The notes under the pieces: model-generated
What the model was told of the DNA's origin: nothing
The model's database searches: none
The model's input: the letters and a program-made list of their open reading frames with translations, nothing else
Made by a program: the position numbers and the translations under genes
From: Atractiella rhizophila
Taxonomy: Eukaryota
NCBI GenBank assembly: GCA_021432655.1
Contig: MU271199.1
Coordinates: forward strand, 1 to 64,000
Reading direction: 5' to 3'
DNA length: 64,000 nucleotides
Part shown: positions 50,366 to 64,000 of the stretch, piece after piece
Layout of the letters: every line of letters starts with the position of its first letter
Numbering within the stretch: the stretch's first letter is position 1

Positions 50366-53300
50366 TTATCGCCTTGGAGGAGCGAAGCCTTGCTGCTGAC
50401 CCCCAGCACTATTCGTCGACGCTGTCCGCAAATGAGGAGAGCCATAGGGAGATGCGGAACGGGATTGGGCTGGAGAAGAGGAGCGGTAGGTGGGTGGGTA
50501 TCCCATCGGAGGAGAGGAGAAATCTAAGGAAGACATGCTCGCATTTGGCACATGTTGGTGTTGAGAAAGCGACGATATGCTCGGATTCGGCTGGTGATGG
50601 AAACCGACAGAGGAGGTGCTTCCTTGAGGGTTGTGATAAGGACTAGCGGAGCGGGAAGGGAAAGGACTTTGTGAGCGAGGATTGATGAGTCGCTCTTGGG
50701 ATTGCCCACTTGGAAACCGAGCCAATTCGTGCGTCTCCGCAGAATCATTGGGGGCGAGAGGAGGGCGACGAGGACCCTGCCCATGTTGCGGTCCATACTG
50801 CATGTACGCGGCATGTTGAGCTTGGAAGGATCCGCTCTTTTGATGATGTTGCTGGTACGAATCGTTTTTCGAGTGAGCTGGTCCCATGGCCGTCGAAGCC
50901 ATCGACCTGAAAAGAACCTCAGTCCTATTGACCATAAATGTGGAGGAAGTGCTAATTACCTGGTCTCCCAAAGATCCTCATTCTGTTCCCGAAGATATTG
51001 CTTCCGATCGTACTCCAAGTTCCTCTCCTCCAGAGCAGCAAAGGTTAAGCCACCAATCATCGCACCGCCCACCTTCTGTCCACCGACGTCTATTTCCGCC
51101 TTCGTCTCCTCAATCCTGCCAGAGTACACTTGGGCCAACAAGTGCTGCGACTTCTTGTGGATTTGAGGCGTGAAAAGGGGTTCGTAGAGGGCAGGATGAC
51201 CGAAACGTTTCTCCAATCTATTCTTTCTGGCGTCTTGGTTGTGAATCGCTACCGTCTCCATCTCCTCCTTATCAGGGATGTACCAAGTGTACTTTCGATC
51301 AAAGCGACGGGAGAGGAATATTTTGAAGCCTATCACTGACAAGACGGCAGGTCCAAGGGATACCGCCTTGATCCATCCTAACTGCAATCCGATCGTAAGG
51401 ACCATCAGGGCATGCATGAGGAGTAGAGCGAAGAGGATTCGATTGACGACCATTCTCCAAAGCCGTCCTCCGGTTTCGATAGCGGTGGTGAAGACAAACA
51501 TAAGCTGGTACTTGTAGATCATGGCGGAGGCGAAGAAGGCAACGGCGGCGAGAGCACTGACAAGCGGTGCGAGAGGAGCATAAATGAATCCGACGGTAAG
51601 CATGAATATATTGTTAGCGTAGTAGACTGAGTAGTCAAATGTTGGGGGTTTGGTCCATTCTCGAATCTCGCGAGGGGTTCGGCCAAACAAACGCGTCTTG
51701 AAGGAAATGTAGAGTAGATTGACGACTTGCGCCTGTTGCATTGTCAGGAAAGAAGAGCCAAGAAATCAAAACCTACCAGATCGAAGACACTGGAAAAACC
51801 TCGAAGCGGAAACCAGGTAATCCAGTAAGTGCTCTGCTGAACATAGGCAGTCTGGACTCTATCGGGGAGATTCTTAAAGTTTTCCCAAATCTCTGAAAAG
51901 CTTTTATGGTCTCCGATTCCTTCCACAACGAACGAGACAAGTTGGAATATGACGAATAGCAGCGAGAAGATGAGAAACTGCCAAGTTGTCAGTTCGTCTC
52001 CTTTTAAGAAGAACAAGGACTTGCCTGAGAGATAATCAAGAATGCAACGTAGCGGCCGAACACGTATCTGTCGAGCTTGGTATGCGTCGTGTTTCCTTGT
52101 CCCTATGACCACGTTGAACGAAGGCAGTTGACAATCATAAGAAAGGTACAAACCTTGGCAATCCATCGAATGACAAGGGGCAAGATCAACTGCAAGAGGA
52201 CGGAGAGCAAAGGAGGCACCACACCTGCTCACGGTCAGAAAATGTAATTGCTATTCAAAGCAGCAACATACCGACGAAGGCGGAGAAGGTGAACTCTGAG
52301 TTCCTGCTCCATGAGTCGATGAAACCGACGTATTGTGTGACAGCTGGCAAACTGGACAAGAACGCCACTCCAACCCTATCCCCCTCCTTTATTCATAACG
52401 AGTTGGAGCAATGGAATGGAAACGCACAAAGGAATGATATAGAGGATCAAAAAGATGACGAGGAAGAGGCTCCCGAAGAATGTGCTGCCTCTCCTTTCCA
52501 CATCCGTCTTTGGCAAATTCTCCCAAATAATGTCATTGGGTTGAGGAGCCAGTTCGAAAAGGGCTCCTTTGAACTAATCGTCTCGTCAAAAGGGATACAT
52601 GAGAAAAAATCTGAAAACCGTACCCTCTTGCCAGATAGCTTTTCAGCGACGAGATGAGCATAAGGAACGGAAGAAAAGGACGCGAAACCGTAATTCTGCG
52701 GCTTCTTCTCCAAAATCATCGATCTCGCGCTCTCCACGATTTCAGCTTCCCTTTGAATCTTCTTTGTCAAATAATCGATCGCATCCACCTTCCTCCCTCC
52801 ACAACATAGAGTCCCTCCGAGTCTCATCGTCGGTCGTTTAGCCGGAATCTTGTTTGGATTCTTGAGATAGGTGGTAAGGACTTGTTCGAGCTGGCGGACT
52901 GAGTCGTTATGTTGTTCCTGCAAACCATGATCAGGATAGAGGAAGAGGTTACGCAGGTGGAAATTACGAGGAGCTTTGGAATGTCCCCTACTCGCCGTCC
53001 GATGTGGATTGCAGTGGTAGGGTAGGGGATTTGGAGGTTGGAGAAAATCTGCATGAGTCCCTGATCGGACTGAAGGTTCTTAGGAATTTGGGTTGCCTGA
53101 TCAAAAAAGCAATGACGATGGCATTCGGCAGGCAGATTAAAAACTCACGATGATTGACCGTGCGCTGAGCATCCGCTGGTATTCGTTTGAGCGGAAGTAT
53201 CGCCATCGGAGTTCTAGCATCTTGCTGTAATTTCGCCAAAGGAAAAAGTAGACTATAATCGTCACTACGTAGGCAGCCTACAAGCGAATGAGAAGGGCAG

Positions 53301-54042
53301 TCATTCAAAAACCGGGCACTCACGGCGACATGACCATAGAGCGCATTCCCTCTGACGTTCTTGATAGTGATGCTGGTGAAAAAGTCCCTCCTACTTGAAT
53401 CGACATTCTTCACGTTATAGATGATGTCGATGGGTACGAGAATGCCGAGGGTTGCAATCGCGATCAAAGTGAACCTTTAGCATCAGCACGTCAGCATTCC
53501 AGCTCCGCATTTACGGCATACCACGGTACTCACATCCACCTCCCCATCCTCAAGAATCTCAGGAAAGTGACAGCATCGAGTCCAATCGTGTCAAGCAACT
53601 TGTCTTCCTTGGTGTTCACAAGCGGAGGAATCCATGAGAAGATACCCTTTCCGATAACTGGAGGAGCTTTGTCGTCCGACGAGTATTTTGCCTGTCATGA
53701 GTGATGGCGTAAATTAGCGGATCTTCCATTTTCAAACAGCGCTGACGTACCTTTGGAGCATAGACAACTCGATGAGTAGGACGAAGCAAGCTGAACGCTA
53801 AGAGAGTGACGATGGAAAGTGCTAGTGTTAATCCCAGCTATTGTGACAGTGAGCATTGCCTCCAAAGGCCGAAATCACGCATACCTGAGTCCAAATTGAC
53901 TGAGGTCTGCTCAACGTCATTCAACACCCGCATAGCACAGGATAGGGAACACGCACGTAGATTTGCTCAACTTCTCGTTATACTGCTTGAAAAGCTCCTC
54001 CGTCAGGCCACCATTGTCGTCGCTGTCGCCGCTGGCGCTCAT
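50366..54042 (-). CDS. CSC1/OSCA/TMEM63 (RSN1/PHM7-like) osmo/mechanosensitive cation channel
   Basis: FSLLRPTHRVVYAPK, IGLDAVTFLRFLRMGRW, HNDSVRQLEQVLTTYLKNP, KVDAIDY, YGFASF, FGRTPREIREWTKPPTFDY, YAPLAPLV, KYQLMFVF..ETGGRLW, RFGHPAL. Confidence 0.93.
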
Positions 54043-54742
54043 TGTCGTTAGGAGGTCGGTTGTGGCTAGGTTGTATTAAAGGGATTGTGATATGTGGTAT
54101 CCGTTCCACGACGGCGAGGACTCCTGGTCGACTTCTTCTGGTTGTTGCTGAAACAGTAGTGACGGTGTAGCCCGAGCAGAAAATATCTGGGGATGATTGT
54201 TGTTGCTCGCCCCAGTCGCCTTGTTTGATGGTTTTCCGACCGCCGAGAAACTGTAGTGATAACCAAAGTCTGTGCACCGGGAGATCTTCAGCAGATCTAT
54301 CGATAGTCAAATCCAGAAACGTCCTGAGAGACAGTAGATGCCTAGTCGACTCTGGAAGGAGAAGAGAAGTTGGATGCTACTCCAACCAGTCTGAACGGAC
54401 GGTCAGAAACAGCTGTGCAGCGGGAACAGGGTCGGCTGACAGGTTGAGATTAAAAGGAAAACGTGCCAAAATTAACGGAATCAAGAGGAATGGGCGTTCG
54501 GCTCAGTCGGAGCTGTCCGTGTGGCGGAGTTCCTGAGTGGGCGGAAAAGCACAGGCACGTGCTTGCTCAAAAAATTATTAGACAACCACTCCAGGCATCA
54601 AGGAGATCCTTCTCCTCCTTCCCAAGCCTTCTTATTCGTTGTAGCATTAGAATAGACGACTTTATCAGCTACACGTAGAATTTTTCACTAATATTCAACC
54701 AACTTCCTGCTCCCACCAAGAGCTAGTGACAAATCATCATCA

Positions 54743-57700
54743 ATGCCAGTTCCAGCCCCAGAAATGTCCTCCTCTGCTCTCCTTGCCGCTCTGTACCAAG
54801 CTCCAGACGAAAAGTCATGTCAAGATGCCGCATCGTCACTTGCAGGATACGTTTTCGAGGATTCCGCTTCGTTCAAAAAATTATGGGAGGAAGGAATTCT
54901 AAAGGACCTGATTCGAGGCTCCAAGTCCAAGAGTGGCTATGAGCGGTTCGTCATCCACTCACAATCTTGTGTTGTCACTCATAGACGATGGCTCAGGGAA
55001 AGCGCGATGATCGCATTCCACGCCATCTTCCAAAAAGCAGCTTCGTTGCCTTCTACCTCGTCCGGAGGCTACGAGCCGTACTTCCTCTCTCTGATCCCCA
55101 CGATCCTATCTCGCTATGAAGACGCCTCCAAAGCAGGAGGAGAAGTCGTCCGCGATGCAGCCGCAAAGGCAATCTCCGTGCTGATCAACCTAGTCCCCGT
55201 CGAACAACTCGTTCCGCGCGTCCTCATGCCCCTGTTCGACTATCTCGACGACTCCTCCACCAAGTGGCGTTCAAAGGTCGGCGCGCTGGAACTCGTGGCA
55301 AAAATCGAAAAGTTAGCTCAAGACGATGTTGCGGACAATCTGGAAGCGATCATTCCTCGATTGACAACCCATCTTCAAGATACCAAAGCAGAGGTGTCCA
55401 GCCAAGCGTTCAAAACAGCTCAATCCATCTTCTCCGTCCTTCGAAATCCCGACATCCAGAAGTTCATTCCCACCCTCATCCAATGTTTCAAGAAGCCGGA
55501 CACAGTTCCAGCAGCCATCAAGGATCTCAGCTCCTACGTCTTCGTCCACGAAATAGACTCTCCCACCATGTCCGTCCTCCACCCGCTCCTAGAACGGAGT
55601 CTAAAGGAAATGAGAAACCAAACCCTCAACCGCCAATCCGTCATCCTCATCGGAAACCTCTTCAAGTTGATCCGCGACCGTTCCCTCGCTCGTCGCCAAT
55701 TCGTCTCTCTCATCGGTGGCGTCCAAAGGATCGAGAAGGATGCTTCATTCCCGGAGGTCAGGGAGTTTGCGAGAGAGGCCAGAGTGGCTATGGAGGCGTC
55801 TGCGGATTTGAAAGCTGGGGATAAGGTGGAGGAGAAGGGATGGACGAGAGAGTCAGACGAGAACAAGACGTCTGCTTATCTCGCCGAGAATATCTCAAAA
55901 AGGTTTGGAGAGTTGAGAGGAACTTCTCCGGACGTGGCAACGTTCCATGCTTACGTTTCGAGCTTTGTCGTCGGCTTGGCGGATCGTAGAGAGTTCGATG
56001 AGGCGACATGGATGCAAAAGTTGGAAAGATACTTTTGGAGGGTGGTGGGCGACGGTAAGCCAGAGGAAATCAAAGATATTATAACCGGCCTGAACAAATG
56101 CTGGAAGAGCCTCGATAAAGTGAGTTCTTCGCCCCGACGTCTTGCCTCCGTTTAATTGATGGTGGTAGGAGCGAAACCCGGAGCTTGCCGACGACGAGGA
56201 CGATGATGGAGCTGAAATCCTCATGAACCTGCCATTCTCTTTGGCCTATGGTGGATTACTTCTCCTCAATCATACCGTCCTTAAATTGAAAAGGGGACAC
56301 CGGTATGGAGTACGTTTCCTCTTCACCTTTGCTCTCTAGGTTGATTGACTGGTATCAGATTGTCGCTGCGAATGGGTCTGGGAAGTCATCCCTTCTCAAT
56401 GCGATCAATCAGCGTAAACTGGAGAACTTTCCCGAGGAAGTCTCTACCTTTTTCGTCTCGCACGACATCGATGGTATCGAGAACACCACGTCTCCCACCA
56501 TTGAAGATTTCATTCTTAAAGACCCCCGTTTGAGACACCAGAGCAAGGAGAAATGCTTCAAAGTGCTCGAAGATGTAGGATTTGACGATGAGAAGAAAGC
56601 CAAAAAGATTGAAGATCTGTCTGGAGGATGGAAGATGAAGCTTGCCCTTGCTCGCGCCATGCTGTGTGGTGCTGATCTTCTCCTCTTGGACGAACCAACC
56701 AACCATCTCGATAAAGAAAGCGTCGCCTTCCTCGAACGTTGGCTCACCGCTCAGAATGCCACAAATCTGATCGTCTCCCATGATTCTGCATTCCTCGACA
56801 CCGTCTGCACAGACATTATCCATTACGAATCCAAGAAACTTGTCTACTATAAAGGCAACCTCAGCAAATTCGTCGAGCGCCATCCCGAAGCCAAATCCTA
56901 CTACTCTCTTTCCCACTCCAACCTCAAATTCTCATTCCCAGTCCCCGGCTCTCTAATGGGTGTTAGGTCAAGAACTCGTGCCATCCTGAAAATGACCGAT
57001 GTCACCTTCACTTACCCCGGCGCTTCGAAACCTTCGCTCTTCAACGTTTCATGCGCAGTTTCACTCTCGTCCAGAATCGGAATCACTGGTCGTAACGGAG
57101 CTGGAAAGAGCACTTTGATCAAGTTGCTGACGGGAGACTCCCAACCCGACTCTGGCAAAGTGGAGAAACATCCGAGCGTTAGAATCGCTTACATGAGTCA
57201 ATATGCGTTCCATCACATTGAGCAGCACTTGGAGAAGAGCGCAGTGGACTACATCATGTGGAGATATGCTAATGGAGTGGATAAGGAACAGGCGGAGAAA
57301 GTGACGAGGAAGTTGGACGATGAGGATCTCAGGATTATGGCCACTCCAATCAAGGCTACAACCGGGGAAGAACGCTTTCTCGAGTCTATCATGGGTCGCC
57401 AAAAGCTCAAGAAGAGTTTCACGTATGAGATCAAGTTCAAAAACCTCGATCACAGATACAATGCTTGGATCCCGCGTGAACGTCTCCTAGAACTCGGTTT
57501 CCAAAAGCTAGTCAGCCAATTCGACGACTTTGAAGCCTCAAGAGAAGGAAGCGGGAGTAGGGAGATATCGACGAAGGCGGTACGGGCATTGCTGGAGGAG
57601 ATTGGGTTGAATGGTGATATTGCCGAGTATAATGAAATGAAGGGACTTTCCGGTGGTCAGAAGGTGAAGGTCTGTTTGGCAGCTGCGATGTGGTCAAAAC

Positions 57701-58341
57701 CTCAAATCCTTATCATGGATGAACCGACCAATGTAAGCGTTTTCTTCTACCTCTTGGATTCAACTAACGACGATGCAGTTCTTGGACCGCGACTCGCTGG
57801 GTGGCCTTGCCGTTGCAATTGTGAGTTTGGCTCTACTTGCCTACAGCTCTCTCTCTGACTCAATTTTAGCGTGAATGGGCGGGCGCAGTAGTACTCATCT
57901 CCCACAACCAAGAATTCCTATCTACCCTTTGCCCTGAAACTTGGCATGTCCAAGACGGCCGGATCATCAGCAAGGGACTAGCTTCTGTGACCGGGGATGC
58001 CCTCTCAACTGAAGGGGGAGCATCGACGCCACACACGCCCGCAGGAATGAGTCCATCTGCATCCGGGACAGCGACACCTATTTCTGGTGTCAACACCCCT
58101 AACGGGATTGAACATGTGGGATTCACAGAAGGAGATGTCGTGACCTTAAAGAAGAAGATTGGAGGGAAGAAGAAGATGACGAGGAAACAGTTGAAAGACA
58201 GAGAAGAGAGGAGGAGGTTGAGAACCGTTGCTTGGCTTTCGAGCTCTATCCCTGGGACACAAAGGTTTGTTTCCTCCTCTATTTAAAAGTTTATGCTGAT
58301 GGAGCGACAGGGAACCTGATACTGAATCCGAAGGAGAGTAA
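54743..58341 (+). CDS. NEW1: eEF3-related ABC-F ATPase New1/Elf1
   Basis: HEAT repeats; two ABC cassettes (NGSGKS/LSGGWKMK/LLLLDEPTN; NGAGKST/LSGGQKVK/MDEPTN); chromodomain insert with KLVSQFDDFEASREG; C-terminal KKMTRKQLK.REERRRLR..AWL...DTE, which I read as New1 rather than eEF3. Confidence 0.9.
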
Positions 58342-59122
58342 AAAGATTTCCAATCATGGACTTATTACGACCACCATTTTTGACGATACCCTCCTGTTTT
58401 GCTCATGTGTTTGGATTGGGTTCGGACTGGCTTATAGACTGTTGGTAATTGGTAATCATAGACTTCATTGACGTTCAAGTACATTTCGCGAGAACTCGTA
58501 CCGACTCTCTAAGCAAATCGACCCCTTTGCCAGCATGGCCTCCAGTTGATACTGTACAACTAACAACTTGTTTGACGGTAAAACGTTCTAACTGCTTACA
58601 ATTGTAAAGAAATCTCAAATCAAACAAGCGGACAAGAGATCGGATCATCAGCATTGTTTGGTTCTGGTTGGATTGGTAGGTTGAACTTCTACTCGGCTTT
58701 TGAGAGCCTTCGTTCCATTTGTTTCTTCCACCCTCCAAGGGCAGGGGAGTTGCGCTATACCCTCCTCCAAATCGATTCTCCATACCTCGACAATTACGGG
58801 AGGGCGAAGTAGTTGGATTTCTGGGAGGAAGTGAGTCGTGGAAGATAAAGTTTTTGTGCCCACTCCAGATCTGTTTGCTTGTCGAAAAACGAACGAGCTG
58901 CATTCAACATCGTAACAGAGCATTGCAGAAGGTGCGTGCGCTTTTTTCAAATGCTGCCACACAATATGGGGTCGTTTGGAAGTGTTTTTTAATGATGCTG
59001 TGTTGGACAAAACAGACCGTTCGCTCTTCGTCTTGAGCAGCGGACAGTACCTTTTCAATCGTCTTTTCCGTCCCTCGTGCAGCTGTTCTACCTACGTACC
59101 CTACATCAACTTTTCCGTAACG

Positions 59123-61563
59123 ATGCCGCCTCTACCAAACGTTCCCGACGGGTACGACCTCCAAATATCTCGCATTGGAAGGGGAGATGAGACTGATTTC
59201 ACTTTGGAGGTTTGCCACCTTGCCATTCCATTTGTGTATGAGCTCATTCAAGAATCCAGGTCCATTTGACGGAGGGGGTGGCGTCTGATAGTCGCGGCGT
59301 CAGAGTGTCGTTCTGGATTACGTTTGAGAAAGATAAGGACAGGAAAAATTTGCCTCCAGGTGAGAAGCAGAGGAAGAAATTCTGGCACTGGGACATTCAG
59401 CTTGTAAGTTCGCCTATCATGTCTGGATGGACAGCGAATATCCCTCTCCTCCAGACAGAGGCCACGCACTGACCTCGTCGTTATTCACAGCTCCCTCGAG
59501 GTATTCCTGGTGCTGCTTCTCCTGCAACATCCGTATCTACTTCTGCCGATATCGATTTCACCCACCTTGAAGTCGAGCTCATTCTGGGGAAGAACATGAG
59601 AGAGACCCAAGCAAGGACTCGTGTCGAAAAGTTCTACAAAGGAATAGGCGGACGAGCGCACTTCGATAGAACTGTTCGATACTTCGCTCTCGGGACATTC
59701 CATCTCCCCCCTCCACCACCTACTCCTATCCAGGAAGTGACGGATGACGCACCCGAATACCATCATGCTTTCCGCCCCCCAGGACATGAGCCGAAAAGGA
59801 GCAAGAGCCTCTGGAACAACATTTGGGGTGTTCGTAGCAATACCGATGTGTCGCGAGGCCTATCACACATTCCCCACCCACGAGAAGATCCAAGGGCTTG
59901 GGAGACGATTGGATCACCTGCACATTCTGACGACAATTCTTTCCCCAAGCCACCACTAACGATCTTTGTCCCCACCGGCATGAAGGATGCTCATTACCAT
60001 CAACGATTGAAGGATCGACAGCGCGCGGCGGATGGATTCTGGGATATGGCGAGGAAAATAAGCGTGAAGCGTAGAGATGCCGGTGTGAGGCGTGGCGGGA
60101 AGCGAAGCGCGAGCAGCGCTCAATTCGACGAGAAACTGGGTGGCGGTGTCGAAGTGCAGCAGCAGAGTCGATTCTCCACCAGTAGTTCTCGTCGCCCGTT
60201 GACGAGCGGACAGTCGCAATACACTGTGCATCAGAGGAGCTATTCCACCTCCGACCTTCCCTTCTATAAGCGCTACTTTGGCGGTGTAACTCAATGCGTC
60301 TTCACACCTTTTGGCTTGGATAACTGCCGCCCCACTGGTGTCGTGATTGGTCCAGGTGGACGGACCACCACCACCACTACATCGGTGACGACGGGGAGGA
60401 GCATGGGGCGAGAGGAATGGTATAAACAAGATGTGGAAAATGTCTCTGATCTCAAAAGGACCTGGGATAACCGAAGAGAATGGGAAGCGCAAGAGAAGGA
60501 ACGGGAGAGAAGGATGAGGGAAATCGAGGACTATGAGGATGATGAAGTTAACACAGGCAAATTCGTCCTCGTAATCTCCAAATACCTCGCAACTCCTCCC
60601 AAACCTCAACCTATAACCTACTCCTCGCTCATGCGTTCGACCACGCTAGGTCGTCAGGCTTCCCTCCCAAGCAATCCTGCCCCACCGATCATCGCTCACC
60701 AAGGTCAATTCGATCCCGCATATAATAGAGCGCTGGAAACGAAAGAACGACTGAGGCGTCAAGAGGAGGAGGCAGGAAGGGCGATTGATGAGGCCATCGA
60801 GAAGGAGAAGGCAAAATTAATGCAGTTGAAGATAGCAGAACACGATATGAACCAACGTCTGAAGGCTCGAGAACTTGATCTGCGTCGACTGTCCGGCATT
60901 GAGGCTATTCAGAAGCAGCAAATGGAGCTGGAACAGCAGATTCAACACGAGAATCAAAGGATGGACTCGTTGGAGAGAATGACGTCGCTCTCTCGTGGCA
61001 TTTTGGGAAGAAACTCAGAACCCACGAATCAACCTCCTGCTTCCAAGATACCCAAACCCTATCACCGTCAAGATACTGCTCCTCCTCCTGAACGAAGCGC
61101 CTACTGGGCTGCCAATGCTGCACGTACGAGTACAAACTCTAAACCATCTGCAAACCGTCCCAATGGCGGGTCTATTCGTCGACCAACGCTGAACGGGGAC
61201 CCAAACACGATGATGACCAAAGGCGAAGCGGATCCTTTCGTTGGAGGATTTCAAATGGAACGGAGCGAGCAAGCAAATCTGGGTCGAAACGGCTCTCTCG
61301 CCCGCAGTACATCTCTACAGAGGGGCCGAAGTAACTCCTTTGAGGGCTACACCGCCCCGGATCCAGACTCCTTCGATAATCCTTTTGCTGTAAGCGAATA
61401 CGAAACCGATATCAACGAACCAGATGGGTTTGCAGATAGCAAACGATTTACCACGATGGATGGAAGAGATATGACGAGAGGAACGATTGGACGATCCACG
61501 AGTCGAGGGAAAAGGAATACGGGAAATTTCAGTGGATTTGCAGCTGGCTCGAAAGGAATGTGA
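59123..61563 (+). CDS. hypothetical protein with folded N-terminal domain, central coiled coil and disordered tail
   Basis: Three exons (MPPLPNVPDGYDLQIS...LE|VHLTEG...WDIQL|LPRGIPG...) joined in frame to the 655-aa ORF; E/K/Q-rich coiled coil. Confidence 0.7.
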
Positions 61564-62013
61564 GTCTCACGCTTGGCGTGATGGACAGGTCCTTTCATGC
61601 TCATCTATAGGCTCTTTATCTACTTTTACATGCTTGGTTTCTGCTTTCTTTGAGGAACAAAATTCATGGCCTGAGCCACAGCGTTTTTCTTCTTGATTCA
61701 TCGCTCCATATTTCTGTTGTCGCATGATGTACACACGATGGACCAGTATCGCGCTTGATGCTTCGAGCTTCAGGCATTTGGCCGTCGTCTCAGCCGCTGT
61801 ACCTACAACACAGGATCGTTTCTGCAATGCCATGTACTCTATCCGTTCAGGACGTCAAATCTCAAGTCCTATTCCTAGCCCTATCACTTGTCTGACAAAG
61901 ACCAGCGGCGTGACGTGGAGACAAAACTAGATGGCTCTGAGTTCAAAAACAGTTACTTTAAAAGATATCATCAGTTAGAAAAGTACAAATCAGCGCTTTA
62001 ACGCTGCAAGAAT

Positions 62014-62736
62014 TCAATCAATTATCTTGGTTAGCACGTTCAATTTGTCAAGCTTGGTTCCTGGCAGTCCTAAGAGATTTAACGGACTCGGTAGAAGTAT
62101 ACTGTCTCTCTCGATAAGAATCACAACCATGACAAATCTAGCCACGGCCAGAAATAAGGTATCGACACTCACGGAGGGTGGGGCGGTGTAAGCTGGTAGG
62201 TACTGAGGTAGCACGAGTTCTGGGCCATAAAATATCAGGCCATGTTCTGCACACTCCGATTAAATTATAAGTAAACCTCTTGTGGAATGACTGGCGCACC
62301 AGCGGACCATTCGCATGCTTGCGTTGCAGCTCGTGAAACCGGATGGTGCAGTGTGTGCGACTGCGAGGGCATCTGTAGAAAGAGAGCGCGCAACTCATGC
62401 CAGGTGATTAACCTGTCGCCCATCATCGCGCCGAGGCCATATTCGCATCTGCGCAAGACAAGTTGCTGGCCTGACAAAGCCGGGAGAGGGGAGGAAGCCA
62501 CGAGATCAACTTCGTGAGGTGACGCTTCGCCGCTCACGCTCGCAGCAGTCTGAACAGGCTCTGATGAGTCGCATACTGACGAGGGTAAGGTGGCAGCAGT
62601 CACTTCAGTAATGACTGAGGAGAATTAGTAACCAGACGATGGTTAATGGAGGTAAATGACACTTACCTTCTGGGGCCGAGGTAGATTGCCCCAGCTCATC
62701 GCTGGAAGCTGATTCATTACTTGGCGAGGTACTCAT
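62014..62736 (-). CDS. small spliced hypothetical protein
   Basis: MSTSPSNES...APE|VITEVTAATL...SA|EHGLIFYGPELVLPQ... Canonical GTAAGT..CTAAT..CAG and GTGCGC..CAG introns keep the frame. Confidence 0.55.
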
Positions 62737-63208
62737 CCTCCGGGACTTTCAAAATGGTAGGTAACAACAAGAGAAAAATTGAGAAGAGAATTTGCAATTA
62801 GGGTATTGGCCATAGAACAGGCCAATGATGGGAAGACCTGGAGGAGTTGTTGACAACCCTGACTGGTGCCTCGCCGCTTATATGCCCGTTTTTTCCCCAT
62901 TTCTCCCCACAACCATCCGATGCCATCGATGAGAATGTACTCAATTTGTTCGATTTGTACGGACAGAATTATCCAATAAAGACAGCTGACCAGGTCAGTG
63001 AATAGAAAATTTGGGATACGATCTAGGTAGAGAGCGACCGTTATGAGGAAGCTACGAACCTAGTATACGATTCTGCTAAAATATTTGTCAAGAACTGTGA
63101 AGGGTCTAATAGGTGTGTTCTGTCGCGACCGTCTGCACGCTGTGGACTAAGCGGGGCAGGACGTCTGCACGTTCACCAGCTACTAGGGCTGAGGGAAACA
63201 TTTAAAGG

Positions 63209-63707
63209 ATGGCCGAGTTCGCGACCACTGAGAGATGGTCGATGGTCAACGAGTTGTTTGAACACAAAGCTTTTTGTATTCCATCCGAGACTCGCCGAAA
63301 GAAGGACAAATTGCCTCCAGCTGGGAAGCGAATGTAACATAACGGCTCCAATGAGCTCGGTGAGCATTCTTTCGAGCTGAAATCATCCTGTCCCTATCGT
63401 TTTAGACAGTATCATCTCCTCTCGAAGTTCTGTGTGCCAAAAGAAGGCTGAACTAGGGAATTTGGAACCTTTAGTGGAGCAGAGTTCAAACACTACTGAC
63501 CCAAACTGGTAGAATCATTACTGCAATGATAGGGCGTCGAGAGCGGATCTCAATGGATTCTACCTAAATGATTCGAGCGGGAGAACTACTTTTGTTCCCT
63601 GGGAGGCTCTTCATCAGTTTTTACTGAATCCTGAAAATACTTTGGATTTGCCGGATGACGACTTGATCAAAAGAGTGGCCTTTTATCTTCAACAGCAAGG
63701 TTCGTGA
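63209..63707 (+). pseudogene. possible pseudogene relic
   Basis: MAEFATTERWSMVNELFEH...GKRM*HNGSNEL, a GTGAGC..CAG intron, then DPNW*NHYCNDRASRADLNGFYLNDSSGRTTFVPWEALHQFLL; isolated TAA/TAG stops. Confidence 0.3.
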
Positions 63708-64000
63708 TCTCTCTCTGCGCGAATCACGTGAAACAGAGCCATTCTGGCAGCGCAACCTGAGCAAAACAGCAGTATCACCAAATACTAGTCATTCTCGAAT
63801 GAATCGTAAAATTTGTACGGATGTCATGGACTTTTATCCTTCTTTTTCCCAGAAGAAGTTTGGGACTGACTGGTGAACGTGTACTTAATATCTCTTAATG
63901 AAAGAATCGGCTGATTGTTCCAATTACAATGATTGAAGTTGAAAAACTTCTACTCAACACCCCAACAATGTTCTACAGCCCTTGAGTCGTGCGATGGTGA

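Noticed and set aside
54743..58341. Calling the ABC-F gene eEF3 (YEF3)
   Set aside because: The chromodomain segment (FDDFEASREG) and C-terminus match New1/Elf1 better. No N/Q-rich prion-like N-terminus is present.
58475..59058. Overlapping 105-142 aa ORFs after NEW1
   Set aside because: No motifs or splice support; consistent with intergenic sequence.

Overview
Eukaryotic, gene-dense fungal DNA with many short (~45-70 nt) GT-AG and some GC-AG introns. A basidiomycete, possibly Pucciniomycotina, is my inference from gene structure and sequence style. There is one assembly gap (5176-5384). Recognisable genes, left to right: two tandem GNAT acetyltransferases, a CUE-like C-terminal domain protein, HEI10, a Mid2-like membrane protein, an F-box-like protein, an OSR1/SPAK/Fray-type STE20 kinase, an Old Yellow Enzyme, a DEP-RGS protein (FlbA/Sst2-like), PP1 inhibitor-2 head-to-head with Sld3, a SnoaL/PEP2-like protein, a Kelch-repeat membrane protein, LSM12, NHA1, a second F-box-like protein, a Pga1-like protein, a CSC1/OSCA channel and NEW1/Elf1, plus several hypothetical genes. 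I found no rRNA, tRNA, CRISPR or intact transposon, and no clear-cut novel multi-gene system. The most notable structures are: (i) a 347-bp tandem duplication of the 104-bp IPP2/SLD3 bidirectional promoter with both gene starts; (ii) a diverged ~3.3-3.5 kb tandem duplication carrying an unannotated intron-conserved gene pair; (iii) 4-15 nt micro-exons in NHA1, one flanked by two GC-AG introns; (iv) pseudogene relics whose stops are C->T-derivable (RIP-like). Gene models were spliced by eye, so boundaries are approximate.
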